A DNA stretch of 47,509 nucleotides, taken from positions 1 to 47,509 of the forward strand of contig CASFLB010000001.1 of the NCBI GenBank assembly GCA_949295395.1. Reading direction: 5' to 3'. Below the pieces are notes generated by a model. It saw only the letters and a program-made list of their open reading frames with translations, was not told the origin of the DNA and did not search any database. The position numbers were made by a program, and so were the translations under genes. Positions within the stretch are counted from its first letter, which is position 1, and the number at the start of each line of letters is the position of its first letter. Positions 38,694 through 47,509 of this stretch are shown here, one piece after another. This DNA comes from an uncultured Pseudomonadota bacterium. GTDB lineage: Bacteria > Pseudomonadota > Alphaproteobacteria > RF32 > CAG-239.

Positions 38694-40022
38694 TTAAGCT
38701 TTTTGACCTTTGAGCCTTTTTTCGGCTTTTAAACGGCCGATGAGCGGCAACAAAACCTTAAGCTCCGGACCATCATTCATACCGGTTAAGGCTAATCGTA
38801 CCGGATGATAAAGTTCCTTGCCATTCTTTCCGCTTGCCTCTTTTAAGGCCTTAATCCATGTACCAAAGGTTTCTTCGTTCCAAGGCTCCTGAGGCAAAAG
38901 CTCTGCGCCTTTGTTGGTTAGCTCCGAATCCTCAATCTTGGGAGACAATTCATCTTGGCAGATTGATTTCCAAAGTTTGATATCGTCTGCTATTTTGATA
39001 TTTCCCTTGATAGCTTGCCAAAAATTCTCGCTGATTTCATAACGAGACTTGACCTCTGCGTAAGGCAGATTATGGACTAATCGGGTGTTAAAATGTTTTA
39101 GCTCTGCTTCATCAAATTTTGGCTGAGAACGACCTATCTTTGAAAAATCAAGACTTTGTGCTAGTTCTTCAAGACTATAGTAAGGTTCAATAGCTTCAGA
39201 GGTACCCAATTTGGCTAAAAATGAGCAAATCGCCATAGCTTCAACGCCTTCAGCGCGCAATTCCCTGACGCCTAAGCTTCCTAAGCGTTTTGATAATTTT
39301 CCTTCTTTTCCGGTCAACAATGGCAAATGCGCAAAACTTGGAACTTTTCCACCAATTGCCTCAAACATTTGTATTTGAGCGGCCGTATTGGTTACATGGT
39401 CTTCTCCACGAACAATATGCGTAATACCAAAATCAACATCATCAATAACGGATGGAAGATGATACAAAAAGCTTCCATCTTCTCTTATAATGACCGGATC
39501 GCTCAGATTTTTTTCGCTATAACGGCACTCGCCGCGAACTAAGTCATTCCACACGATTTCTCCGTCTTCTAACTTAAAGCGGTAATGCGGGCGACGCCCC
39601 TGACGTTCATATTCTTCTTTTTGTGCTTGGGTCAGTTTTAATCCTGAACGGTCATAAATCGGCGGCAATCCCTTATTCAAAAGTCTTTTTCTCATAAACT
39701 CAAGTTCTTCAGGAGTTTCATAGCACGCGTAAATTCGGCCTTTTGCCATAAGTTTTTGAGCAACTTCTTCATATCTTTCTTTTCGCGCAGATTGTCTGGC
39801 TTCTTCACTCCAATCAAGTTTTAACCAAACTAATGCCTCTCGGATAGCATCTTCATATTCTTTTTTTGAGCGCAAGGTATCCGTGTCATCTATTCTTAGC
39901 ATAAACTTACCGCCAAGTTTCTTAGCCAACAACCAGTTAAACAAAGCTGTTCTTGTGTTACCAATGTGCATAAAACCGGTCGGACTCGGCGCAAATCTTA
40001 CCTTTATGTTTCCGTTACTCAT
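38694..40022 (-). CDS. gltX: glutamate--tRNA ligase
   Basis: 442 aa. HIGH motif (PSPTGFMHIGN) and KMSKS motif (KLSKR). Confidence 0.94.
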   Translation of the reverse strand: MSNGNIKVRFAPSPTGFMHIGNTRTALFNWLLAKKLGGKFMLRIDDTDTLRSKKEYEDAIREALVWLKLDWSEEARQSARKERYEEVAQKLMAKGRIYACYETPEELEFMRKRLLNKGLPPIYDRSGLKLTQAQKEEYERQGRRPHYRFKLEDGEIVWNDLVRGECRYSEKNLSDPVIIREDGSFLYHLPSVIDDVDFGITHIVRGEDHVTNTAAQIQMFEAIGGKVPSFAHLPLLTGKEGKLSKRLGSLGVRELRAEGVEAMAICSFLAKLGTSEAIEPYYSLEELAQSLDFSKIGRSQPKFDEAELKHFNTRLVHNLPYAEVKSRYEISENFWQAIKGNIKIADDIKLWKSICQDELSPKIEDSELTNKGAELLPQEPWNEETFGTWIKALKEASGKNGKELYHPVRLALTGMNDGPELKVLLPLIGRLKAEKRLKGQKA

Positions 40023-40093
40023 TTTTTTAACCTTTTCATTTATTCAATCTTTCGCGATAATAGCTTCACTCTCTTATAATTTCAAGATTTTTA

Positions 40094-40768
40094 TTATATA
40101 TTTTTTCGGTCTTGGTATTGTTCCAGTTTTTGACCGTTTTGAACCTCAATAGAACGCACCAAGATGTCAAAATCTTCTAAAAACCACGAGATTTCTTCGT
40201 CATCTTCTCTCATCATTTGATAAAACTTATTGCGATAGGCTAAGCTTAAACTGCTTTCGGCAATTTTTATATCTGTTAAACGCAAACTTTCCCTGTCTTG
40301 TCTTATATTAAATTCGACCAAAATATCTTGTAGAGCATCTTTTTGAGAGATATTTTGTTGATGAATTTGGGCGTAGACGCTTATCCGCCCATTTTCGGCG
40401 CGCACATTTGTAATCTGAAAGCTTATGCTGTTTCCAAAATCTAAAGGATAGGTTTTATACAAAGCCAAAGCATAGCGGCGAAAGAGCTCTTGAAATTTTG
40501 TCTGTTCTTCTTGATTCATCTTTCGCCAATATTTTCCCATGACAAATCGTGCTATATAGTCCGAATCGACATATTGATTATACAAATCATCAAGCATTTT
40601 GTATTTTTGGGGTAAATTGTTTTCTTTTAGCGCGGCTAAGAGTTCATTTCCTCGTAATTGCGCCCAATCCTTAATTTGTTGAGTGTCAAATATCGAGGCT
40701 CTGACCGAAAAGCTCAACACAACCATAAAACAATATATGATAAGTTGCAAAAAAATCTTACATTTCAT
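40094..40768 (-). CDS. mlaC: MlaC-family (Ttg2D-like) periplasmic phospholipid-binding protein
   Basis: Preferred start is the ATG at 40768, giving signal peptide MKCKIFLQLIIYCFMVVLSFSVRA. MlaC pattern: DSDYIARFVMGKYWRKMNQEEQTKFQELFRRYALALYKTY...LRLTDIKIAESSLSLAYRNKF. Confidence 0.7.
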   Translation of the reverse strand: MKCKIFLQLIIYCFMVVLSFSVRASIFDTQQIKDWAQLRGNELLAALKENNLPQKYKMLDDLYNQYVDSDYIARFVMGKYWRKMNQEEQTKFQELFRRYALALYKTYPLDFGNSISFQITNVRAENGRISVYAQIHQQNISQKDALQDILVEFNIRQDRESLRLTDIKIAESSLSLAYRNKFYQMMREDDEEISWFLEDFDILVRSIEVQNGQKLEQYQDRKNI

Positions 40769-40829
40769 AAAAAATACCTTATTATATGTCTTAACTTGTT
40801 TGATTATAGTCATGAATTGGTTAAAAAAA

Positions 40830-41867
40830 ATGAAATTTAGACTTTTATTCGTTTGCAGCTTGTTCCTTCTTACTTTTTCTTTTTCTGATGCCTTTTCGGC
40901 TGAACCAGGGTTGCGTTTTATTCATACGCGTGGTGACTTGCGTTGCGGTACGGATTTATCTGTTTCTACTTTTGCGTCAAAAACCGAAGATGGAAAATGG
41001 CAAGGCTTTGATGCGGATATTTGTCGTGCCTTTTCTTATGCTATTTTCGGACGAGGCGATCGTTTTACCATGGTTGACGTTAAAGCAGATAATGTCGCAA
41101 AGGCTCTTAACTCCGGAAAAATTGATATTATGCTGGGAGGAATGTTAAATTCTGCTCAAAAAGATGCAACGTCGACTTTTTCTCCTGCAGCTCTTCTCTA
41201 TTATGATCAACAAGCTTTTTTAGCACGCAATGCTCAAGATGCAAAATCTATGGATGATTTTAAAAATGCTACCGTATGCGTCGTTAATAATTCTCCCGAG
41301 CTTAACAATTTGGAAGAATATAGCGAAAAATACAATCTAAACCTAAAACCCCTCACCTTCTCCTCAAAAAATGCCGCGATGCAGTCCTTTCTTCTTAATC
41401 GTTGCCGCCTTCTGACCGGAAACCGCTTTTTCTTATCTGGCGTTAAAAATACTCATTTTAACAGTTATGACGATGAGGAAAGCGGAGTTAAGCTCTTGCC
41501 CGAGCCTGTTGCTCTTGTCCCTGTTTACCTATTTGCCTCAAATGAAAATATAAAACTCCTTTCTTCTGCAAAATGGATTATCAATGCTTTGCAACTAGCG
41601 GATGTTTATGGGGTTAATTACCATAATGCCGCCGTTAAAGTCGGCCTTAAGAACACCTCTCAACGAAACCTTTTCGGTGAAGATCCTAAATTGTGGCTTT
41701 CTTTCGGCCTTACTCCTGATTGGCTAAAAAAAGCTTTGGCTGATGTTGGTAATTATGGCGAAATTTATGACCGAAATCTTGGAAAGTTCAGTCCGCTTAA
41801 ATTTGAACGAGCTGAGAATAATTATCTTAAAGACGGTGGTTTGATTAATCCGGCACCTTTTCTTTAG
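40830..41867 (+). CDS. AapJ/BztA-like amino-acid ABC transporter substrate-binding protein (orphan)
   Basis: Preferred start is the ATG at 40830 (or 40812), giving signal peptide MKFRLLFVCSLFLLTFSFSDAFS. It resembles the general L-amino-acid binding protein: GDLRCGTDLSVSTFASKTEDGKWQGFDADICRAF...ALNSGKIDIMLGG. No permease or ATPase gene is adjacent. Confidence 0.65.
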   Translation: MKFRLLFVCSLFLLTFSFSDAFSAEPGLRFIHTRGDLRCGTDLSVSTFASKTEDGKWQGFDADICRAFSYAIFGRGDRFTMVDVKADNVAKALNSGKIDIMLGGMLNSAQKDATSTFSPAALLYYDQQAFLARNAQDAKSMDDFKNATVCVVNNSPELNNLEEYSEKYNLNLKPLTFSSKNAAMQSFLLNRCRLLTGNRFFLSGVKNTHFNSYDDEESGVKLLPEPVALVPVYLFASNENIKLLSSAKWIINALQLADVYGVNYHNAAVKVGLKNTSQRNLFGEDPKLWLSFGLTPDWLKKALADVGNYGEIYDRNLGKFSPLKFERAENNYLKDGGLINPAPFL

Positions 41868-42553
41868 TCTTGCTCGATAAATTCAAGAGCCTTTCTTAGA
41901 CCGTCTTCCGTAATGCGGTGTTGTCCTTTTTTTACGACATATGTTGTTACCGGAACACCGAGAGCTTCTAGTTTTTCTTTGGTAAAAGACATTGCCTCAA
42001 AGCGAACCAAATTATCGGCATCTCCATGTATTAATAATGTTTTTGGACGGCTTTTGATGTGTTTTTCAACATAGCAACTTGGAGCCAATATTCCTGAAAA
42101 GCTTACACAACCTCCGATTTTGTTCTCCATCATCAAAGAAGTGTAAAGCGCTAACATCGCTCCTTGGGAAAAGCCACATAGATATAAATCTTTTTCTTCC
42201 AACTGATATTCGTTTAACAGATTTTCTATATATGGACGCAGATACGCATTCGCTTCGGCAAAACCTCGTTGCATTTTATTATAAAATTCTGAGCATTCGG
42301 CCATTGATGGCACTGTTTTGCGATCATCATTGGGATCAAAACGATGCATTGAATACCATTGACGCTTGTGTTCATGCAGCTCACATACCAATGGGGCTTG
42401 AGGAATATGCAAAGCTTCATTTTTTAATTTTGACGTAAAACTCCGTATCACACGCTCTAAGGCTGTGTCACTATCAATATAACCGTGCAAAAAAACAATA
42501 AGTTTTTTCGGAATCCCTTGTATATGCGCTATTTCTTCGGTTATTTCAAGCAT
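41864..42553 (-). CDS. phospholipase/carboxylesterase-family alpha/beta hydrolase
   Basis: About 229 aa from the ATG at 42553 (the track GTG is at 42568). Motifs: FLHGY, nucleophile elbow GFSQGA, LIHGDADNLV, GQHRI. Confidence 0.7.
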   Translation of the reverse strand: MLEITEEIAHIQGIPKKLIVFLHGYIDSDTALERVIRSFTSKLKNEALHIPQAPLVCELHEHKRQWYSMHRFDPNDDRKTVPSMAECSEFYNKMQRGFAEANAYLRPYIENLLNEYQLEEKDLYLCGFSQGAMLALYTSLMMENKIGGCVSFSGILAPSCYVEKHIKSRPKTLLIHGDADNLVRFEAMSFTKEKLEALGVPVTTYVVKKGQHRITEDGLRKALEFIEQD

Positions 42554-42734
42554 GCATTTCCCTTTCACGCACGCGATTTTACAAAAAAAATCTTAATTTA
42601 TCCTAAATATTTTTCTTTTTATTCTTGCCATTTTTGATTGATGTATTATATTTTTATACGCTATTAATTTAATAAAGTATTTCTATTTCTTCGGACTATT
42701 CTTTTTATAATCGCTATATTTTAGGAATAAGGTT

Positions 42735-43346
42735 ATGCAATACGAACAAATTTGGGATGCTATTGATAAACTCGCAAAGCAAAATGGTCTTTCTTTGTCT
42801 GGATTAGCTAAAAAATCTGGACTTGACCCTACTATATTCAATAAAAGTAAACGTCTTCGACACGATGGTAAAAAAAGATGGCCGTCTCTTGAAAGTCTTA
42901 ATAAAATTCTTACCACCTGTCATACTGATTTTGCTGATTTTTATCTCTTAGCTGAAAATAAACCTATCCGTCAACCGCGTACGTTACCTTATATCGTTCT
43001 TTCTTCTTTATCCCAACCTGATTTTGATCGTTTTGATACAACCGTTTGGGAAAAAATTGATTCTCCTTGTTTTTCCGAAAATACTTATCTTGTTAATCTT
43101 GATTCTCGGTCTTATGAGCCTCTTTATAACTTTGGTTCGACTTTGGTTTTGGAAAAACGCTCTGAAATACGGCAAAAAGATCGTATTCTTATTTTACTTA
43201 AAAACGGCGATGTCATGATTAAAGAATTTTTATATCGCGCTGATAATAAAATTACGGTTTGTTCTCTCTTAAAACCTGCCCGCATTTCTGACCTTAATAT
43301 TTCTGATATAAGGCTCTTAAACCGCATTGTGTGGGCTAGTCAATAA
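42735..43346 (+). CDS. HTH (XRE/CI-like) repressor with a C-terminal S24 LexA-like peptidase domain
   Basis: 203 aa. N-terminal HTH (LSLSGLAKKSGLDPTIFNKSKR). C-terminal S24-like segment with SYEP (cf. SMEP) and a downstream IKEF Lys. It is not LexA itself, as the N-terminus differs. Confidence 0.6.
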   Translation: MQYEQIWDAIDKLAKQNGLSLSGLAKKSGLDPTIFNKSKRLRHDGKKRWPSLESLNKILTTCHTDFADFYLLAENKPIRQPRTLPYIVLSSLSQPDFDRFDTTVWEKIDSPCFSENTYLVNLDSRSYEPLYNFGSTLVLEKRSEIRQKDRILILLKNGDVMIKEFLYRADNKITVCSLLKPARISDLNISDIRLLNRIVWASQ

Positions 43347-43357
43347 TTTTCTTACCT

Positions 43358-43394
43358 AAAAAAGCCGTTTCATAATTCTTGAAACGGCTTTTTT
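43358..43394. terminator. bidirectional Rho-independent terminator (repressor gene / gyrA)
   Basis: AAAGCCGTTTC (43361-43371) pairs with GAAACGGCTTT (43381-43391) around a 9-nt loop, flanked by an A-run and a T-run. Confidence 0.85.
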
Positions 43395-43409
43395 ATTTTT
43401 TAGCAAGGT

Positions 43410-46211
43410 TTATTCTTCTGAATCAACTTCCGGCTCAACGACTTCCTGAAGAGCGTCGTCCCTATCGACCACACTTTCTCCCAAAGGCTCGGTTCCGGTC
43501 TCGTCCTCAAGCTCTTCATCATCACCTTCATCGGCTTCAAGCTTGGTAACAGAAACAACCTTTTCATTATCAACCATACGGAACAAGATGACACCTTGAG
43601 TTTTTCTTCCGGCAATGCGAATACCGTCGACAGCCATTCTTATCAGTTTGCCGCCGTCGGTTACCATCATAATCTGTTGATTGTCTTCAATCGGGAAAGA
43701 ACTTGCAACTTCTTTGTTGCGGGCTGACATTTCCATATTGGCAATACCTTGTCCGCCACGACCGGTAATGCGGTATTCGTAAGAAGAGGTTCTCTTGCCA
43801 TATCCGGTGGTGGTTACGGTTAAGATAAACTGTTCTTTTTCCTTCATTTCCGCATATTTTTCGGCGGTCAAATCTTTGAGTTCAATACCGGTTTCTTCCA
43901 GTTTGACTTCGCTGTCATCACCGCGTTCGGACTGCAAGCGCTTAATTGCAGAAGAGATTCTTGAATATTCATCTCTTTCTTCCATTGTTGCTTGAACATG
44001 GTCTAAGATTGACATCGAAATAACCGTATCGCCTTCGCTCAGCTTAATGCCGCGAACACCGGTTGAATTGCGGCCGACAAACATTCTGACCTCAGGTACT
44101 GGGAAGCGAATGCATTTACCGCTCTTGGTGGCAAGCATAACGTCTTCATCTTCCGTACAAATACGAACATTTACCAGTTTGTCGCCGTCATCAAGCTTCA
44201 TCGCAATCTTACCATTGGACTGGACGTTTACAAAGTCCATCAGCGAATTGCGGCGGACATTACCTTGAGCCGTGGCGAACATAATTGACATATTCTCGCA
44301 ATCGGCCTCATTCTCAGGCAGTTTCATAATTGTCGTAATGTTTTCGCCATCACTCAACGGCAGTAAGTTAATGAACGGCTTTCCTTTTGATGTTGGTGAG
44401 CCAAGCGGCAGTTTATAAACCTTCATTTTATAAACTTGGCCTTTTGAAGAGAAGAACAGAACCGGCGTGTGGGTTGAGGCCACAAACAATCTGGTTACAA
44501 AATCTTCTTCCTTCGTGGTCATGCCGGATTTTCCTTTTGCCTTATAAGCATTCAGCGGAACACGCTTAATATAGCCAGCTTCGGTTACGGTTACGACCAT
44601 TTCTTCACGCTGAATTAAAGACTCAATATCCGTGTCATATTCAATATCCTCAATCTTAGTACGGCGCGGAGTTGCATATTCATCTTTAATGGCAACAAAT
44701 TCGTCACGGATAATATTAAAGAGCTTTTCGCGAGAAGCCAAAATTTCAAGGCATCTCTTAATTTCTTCTCCTAAGTCTCTCAATTCTCCATGAATTTTGT
44801 CTCTTTCTAATCCTGTCAAACGTTGAAGTTTTAAATCCAAAATGGCTCTAGCTTGATCTTCTGACAGGCGATAAAATCCGTTTTCAACCTTTCTATCCGG
44901 CTCATCAATCAGTTGAACAAGGGCTTCGACTTCACCGGCCGGCCATGCTTTAGCGATTAAAGCATCTTTTGCATCTTGAGGTGTCGGTGCGGTACGAATC
45001 AATTCAATCACAGGATCAAGATTTTCAACGGCAATAGCCAAACCAACCAAAACATGAGCTCTGTCGCGTGCTTTGTTTAGTTCAAATATTGTCCGACGAC
45101 GCACAACTTCTTCTCGGAAATTAACGAACGCCGAAATAATATCCTTTAAGTTCATCATCATTGGACGACCGGCATTAATCGCCAGCATATTCATACCAAA
45201 ACTGGTTTGCAACGGTGTGAACTTATAAAGCTGATTCAAAATTACGTTCGGTTGGAAATCTCGCTTAACTTCAATGACAACACGGACACCTTGACGGTCT
45301 GATTCATCTCTGATTTCAGAAATACCATCAATTTTCTTGTCTTTTACTAACTCGGCAATACGAGCTATCATAGCCGCCTTGTTGACCTGATAAGGAATTT
45401 CGTGGACGATAATTGCTTCTTTATCCTTATGTAATTCCTCAATTGTGCATTTGGCGCGCATCATGACCGAGCCGCGGCCGGTGTAATAAGCCGACTTGGC
45501 ACCGCCCTGCCCCAAAATCAAACCACCTGTCGGAAAGTCCGGTCCGGGGACAATGTTAATCAGGTCATCAATCGTGATGTCCGGATTATCAATATAAGCG
45601 CAGCATGCATCCAAGACCTCACCCAAGTTATGCGGCGGGATATTGGTTGCCATACCAACAGCAATACCATTGGCGCCGTTTACCAAAAGGTTTGGATAAC
45701 GGGCCGGCAAGACTGACGGTTCTTGCAAGGTTTCATCATAGTTTGGAACAAAATCAACCGTGTCTTTGTCGATGTCTTCAATCATCGCATGGGCGACTTT
45801 TTCCAAGCGAGCCTCGGTATAACGCATGGCGGCAGCGCTGTCTCCGTCCATCGACCCGAAGTTTCCTTGTCCGTCGACCAAAGGTAATCTCATTGAAAAC
45901 GGTTGTGCCATACGAACCATGGAATCATAAATTGCAGCATCGCCGTGCGGGTGATATTTACCCATAACATCCCCCACGATACGGGCTGATTTACGATAAG
46001 GTTTGTTGTAATCATAACCGGCTTCATACATTCCGTAGATAATGCGGCGGTGAACCGGCTTTAATCCGTCTCGAACATCCGGCAAGGCACGCGCAACAAT
46101 AACGCTCATGGCATAATCCAAGTATGAACGGCGCATTTCTTCCGAAATTTCGACCGGCATAATTCCTTCCGCATTGCTTGGAGCGGACAGGTTTTCTGTT
46201 TCTTCTGTCAT
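43410..46211 (-). CDS. gyrA: DNA gyrase subunit A
   Basis: 933 aa. Motifs: [28 protein letters not shown]. It has a long beta-pinwheel CTD and an acidic C-terminal tail ([13 protein letters not shown]...DSEE). See the finding on the GyrA box. Confidence 0.95.
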   Translation of the reverse strand: MTEETENLSAPSNAEGIMPVEISEEMRRSYLDYAMSVIVARALPDVRDGLKPVHRRIIYGMYEAGYDYNKPYRKSARIVGDVMGKYHPHGDAAIYDSMVRMAQPFSMRLPLVDGQGNFGSMDGDSAAAMRYTEARLEKVAHAMIEDIDKDTVDFVPNYDETLQEPSVLPARYPNLLVNGANGIAVGMATNIPPHNLGEVLDACCAYIDNPDITIDDLINIVPGPDFPTGGLILGQGGAKSAYYTGRGSVMMRAKCTIEELHKDKEAIIVHEIPYQVNKAAMIARIAELVKDKKIDGISEIRDESDRQGVRVVIEVKRDFQPNVILNQLYKFTPLQTSFGMNMLAINAGRPMMMNLKDIISAFVNFREEVVRRRTIFELNKARDRAHVLVGLAIAVENLDPVIELIRTAPTPQDAKDALIAKAWPAGEVEALVQLIDEPDRKVENGFYRLSEDQARAILDLKLQRLTGLERDKIHGELRDLGEEIKRCLEILASREKLFNIIRDEFVAIKDEYATPRRTKIEDIEYDTDIESLIQREEMVVTVTEAGYIKRVPLNAYKAKGKSGMTTKEEDFVTRLFVASTHTPVLFFSSKGQVYKMKVYKLPLGSPTSKGKPFINLLPLSDGENITTIMKLPENEADCENMSIMFATAQGNVRRNSLMDFVNVQSNGKIAMKLDDGDKLVNVRICTEDEDVMLATKSGKCIRFPVPEVRMFVGRNSTGVRGIKLSEGDTVISMSILDHVQATMEERDEYSRISSAIKRLQSERGDDSEVKLEETGIELKDLTAEKYAEMKEKEQFILTVTTTGYGKRTSSYEYRITGRGGQGIANMEMSARNKEVASSFPIEDNQQIMMVTDGGKLIRMAVDGIRIAGRKTQGVILFRMVDNEKVVSVTKLEADEGDDEELEDETGTEPLGESVVDRDDALQEVVEPEVDSEE

Positions 46212-46486
46212 GGTTTTCCTTTTCTTTTACTTTAATTCTGAGGCTAATATAGCAAAAAGCACTTTGCTTAACCAGCACTTTTACCAACTTATGAACAACC
46301 GTTTGCTCTCTGTGGGCAAAAAAAGTGCCTTATTTTTGATTTTGAAATTTTTACTCCCACCAAAAGTTAATAAAGAATCTCTCTGTGAGCCTTAAAACGC
46401 GATTTAGAGCCTTATTTTTTTCTTGCGATTTTTATCTTACCATGTTAGATTGCCTTTGATTTCTTTATTATTAATTCTCAATTTTT

Positions 46487-47431
46487 ATGCTTATGGACAA
46501 TATTTTTATGACACGACGCAAGTTTGTGATTAACAAAATCAAAAAAGTTGACGGCGGTTGGAATTTGTTTCCCGTTGATGAGCCGAGTTTGCCGATTTTT
46601 ATCAGCAATAAGTATTATTCGGGCAAGATGCCGCCTTTTTTTCGGTGGCCGTGGAAAAAAATTCAGGTTGAAGTTCTCTTTTGGGGGGATTTTATCTCTT
46701 TGCTAAAAATGAATGATAAGCTTGTCTTTAACGTCGGCGATGAAGATTACCCTGATGCGTTAAAGAAGCTTCTTGAACAACTTCGACTTGAAGAAGAAGC
46801 GAGAAAGAAGGAACAGAAAGCAATCCTTGCACAAATAGAAGTCTCTTTGGATAAGTATCTTGTTGATTTTCCTATCAATCAAAATCTTGAAGACGATATT
46901 CAAAAAATACACATTTGTTTGCGGGCTTTCTTAAAGTTTTATCTTTACCGAAAGTACAGTCATATTGTTGACGCTCAAAATTATCTCAGACGTCTTTCTT
47001 TATTGACTATTCTCTCTTCCTGCGCGGAAAAACTTTTAAGACGGCGCTGTTCTCTGAATGGAAATGATTTGGCATTCGTTGATCCTTTCTCTTGCCTCTC
47101 CTTCTATCTTTCTGATCCGGAGTTGATTGAAAAAGAGGCTCATAAGTTGTTATATCCGACTATGTTTCGCGAATTTTTAGAAGTTGAGGAAATGCTTTCC
47201 ACGTCTCTTCCCAAAATTCAGGATAAACGGCTGAAGCTTTATCTGAACTATGTGATTTGTTGTTTGGCTTATTATCTTGCCAAAGATTATAACACTTTAT
47301 GCCTAGCCAACAAAGCTTCGTATAAATCTCTTTATAAAGATATGGAGCTTTTCAAACAAAGCTCGCTTATTTTTTTGGAAGAGCCATCAAATGAAGACTT
47401 GGAGAACTTTATGTCAATTTACATTCTATAA
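46487..47431 (+). CDS. hypothetical protein (314 aa, no recognisable domain)
   Basis: Long ORF ending 2 nt before a strong terminator. No convincing SD precedes any of the three N-terminal ATGs (46487, 46493, 46508). There is no TM or signal peptide. The central region is charged (LRLEEEARKKEQKAILAQ) and the second half is Leu/Tyr/Cys-rich and helical. Confidence 0.55.
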   Translation: MLMDNIFMTRRKFVINKIKKVDGGWNLFPVDEPSLPIFISNKYYSGKMPPFFRWPWKKIQVEVLFWGDFISLLKMNDKLVFNVGDEDYPDALKKLLEQLRLEEEARKKEQKAILAQIEVSLDKYLVDFPINQNLEDDIQKIHICLRAFLKFYLYRKYSHIVDAQNYLRRLSLLTILSSCAEKLLRRRCSLNGNDLAFVDPFSCLSFYLSDPELIEKEAHKLLYPTMFREFLEVEEMLSTSLPKIQDKRLKLYLNYVICCLAYYLAKDYNTLCLANKASYKSLYKDMELFKQSSLIFLEEPSNEDLENFMSIYIL

Positions 47432-47432
47432 C

Positions 47433-47466
47433 AAAAAAGGCACACTTTAGCGAGTGTGCCTTTTTT
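47433..47466. terminator. bidirectional Rho-independent terminator (orphan ORF / ssb)
   Basis: AAGGCACACT (47437-47446) pairs with AGTGTGCCTT (47453-47462) around a 6-nt loop, flanked by an A-run and a T-run. Confidence 0.85.
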
Positions 47467-47482
47467 GTTATAGCTTTTATCC

Positions 47483-47509
47483 TTAGAATGGGATATCGTC
47501 GTCCAAATC
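47483..47509 (-). CDS. ssb: single-stranded DNA-binding protein, extreme C-terminus only (window edge)
   Basis: The minus strand reads GAT TTG GAC GAC GAT ATC CCA TTC TAA, which translates to ...DLDDDIPF*. This is the hallmark acidic SSB C-terminal tip. Only 8 codons are visible. Confidence 0.65.
   Translation of the reverse strand, partial: DLDDDIPF

Noticed and set aside
40683-40813. The longest ORFs of mlaC (to 40813) and the SBP gene (from 40683) overlap head-to-head by 131 nt.
   Set aside because: Internal ATGs at 40768 (minus) and 40830 (plus) each give a canonical signal peptide at the very N-terminus. The extensions are almost certainly untranslated.
43190-43230. The GDVM sequence in the HTH-S24 protein looked like a GDSM motif with the catalytic Ser replaced by Val, implying an inactive peptidase.
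   Set aside because: A better register puts the S24 Ser motif at SYEP, further upstream, with GDVMIKEF supplying the catalytic Lys. The dyad is therefore probably intact.
43690-43790. GRGGQG near the GyrA C-terminus ([12 protein letters not shown]) could be a displaced GyrA box.
   Set aside because: It lies in the last CTD blades, where Gly-rich blade motifs are normal. It does not occupy the blade-1 position of the GyrA box. I kept it as a caveat for the GyrA-box finding.
1-47509. I looked for CRISPR repeats, IS elements with inverted repeats, integrases, tRNA or rRNA genes, toxin-antitoxin pairs and known defence genes.
   Set aside because: No candidates were found. All intergenic spacers are 276 bp or shorter and are accounted for by promoters or terminators. 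No ORF shows transposase, integrase, nuclease or defence motifs that I can recognise.

Overview
This is a 47.5-kb, visibly AT-rich chromosomal core segment of a Gram-negative bacterium; base composition was judged by eye, not computed. Gene content and local order (dusB..trkA-hfq-hflX; ppiD next to tpiA-secG-pyrG..kdsA; mlaD-DUF2155; gyrA..ssb) suggest an alphaproteobacterium with a streamlined genome, but the taxon is an inference. I support about 42 protein-coding genes. Most lie on the minus strand, and many are joined by 1-4 nt start/stop overlaps. Functions are mostly housekeeping: topoisomerases (gyrA, parC), ClpXP, RF2, GltX, PBP1A, CTP synthase, TpiA, SecG, KdsA, Hfq/HflX, TrkA, DusB and RecO. 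There is also an envelope set: two MlaD, MlaC, DUF2155, an AsmA-like protein, PagP, PpiD and a GldG-type ABC exporter. I see no rRNA, tRNA, CRISPR array, transposase or integrase, prophage, or recognisable defence or toxin-antitoxin module. I also cannot point to a clear-cut new multi-gene system. The observations most worth a second look are these: (1) GyrA appears to lack the QRRGG core of the GyrA box. (2) A roughly 1320-aa membrane-anchored coiled-coil protein is translationally coupled to a 187-aa orphan and to dusB-trkA. (3) A pagP plus 344-aa orphan pair is inserted between pyrG and kdsA. (4) The prfB +1 frameshift site reads GUU UGA C rather than the canonical CUU UGA C. (5) Several orphan ORFs and reduced or rearranged operons are present. 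All functional calls rest on motif and family recognition by eye; no database search was run.
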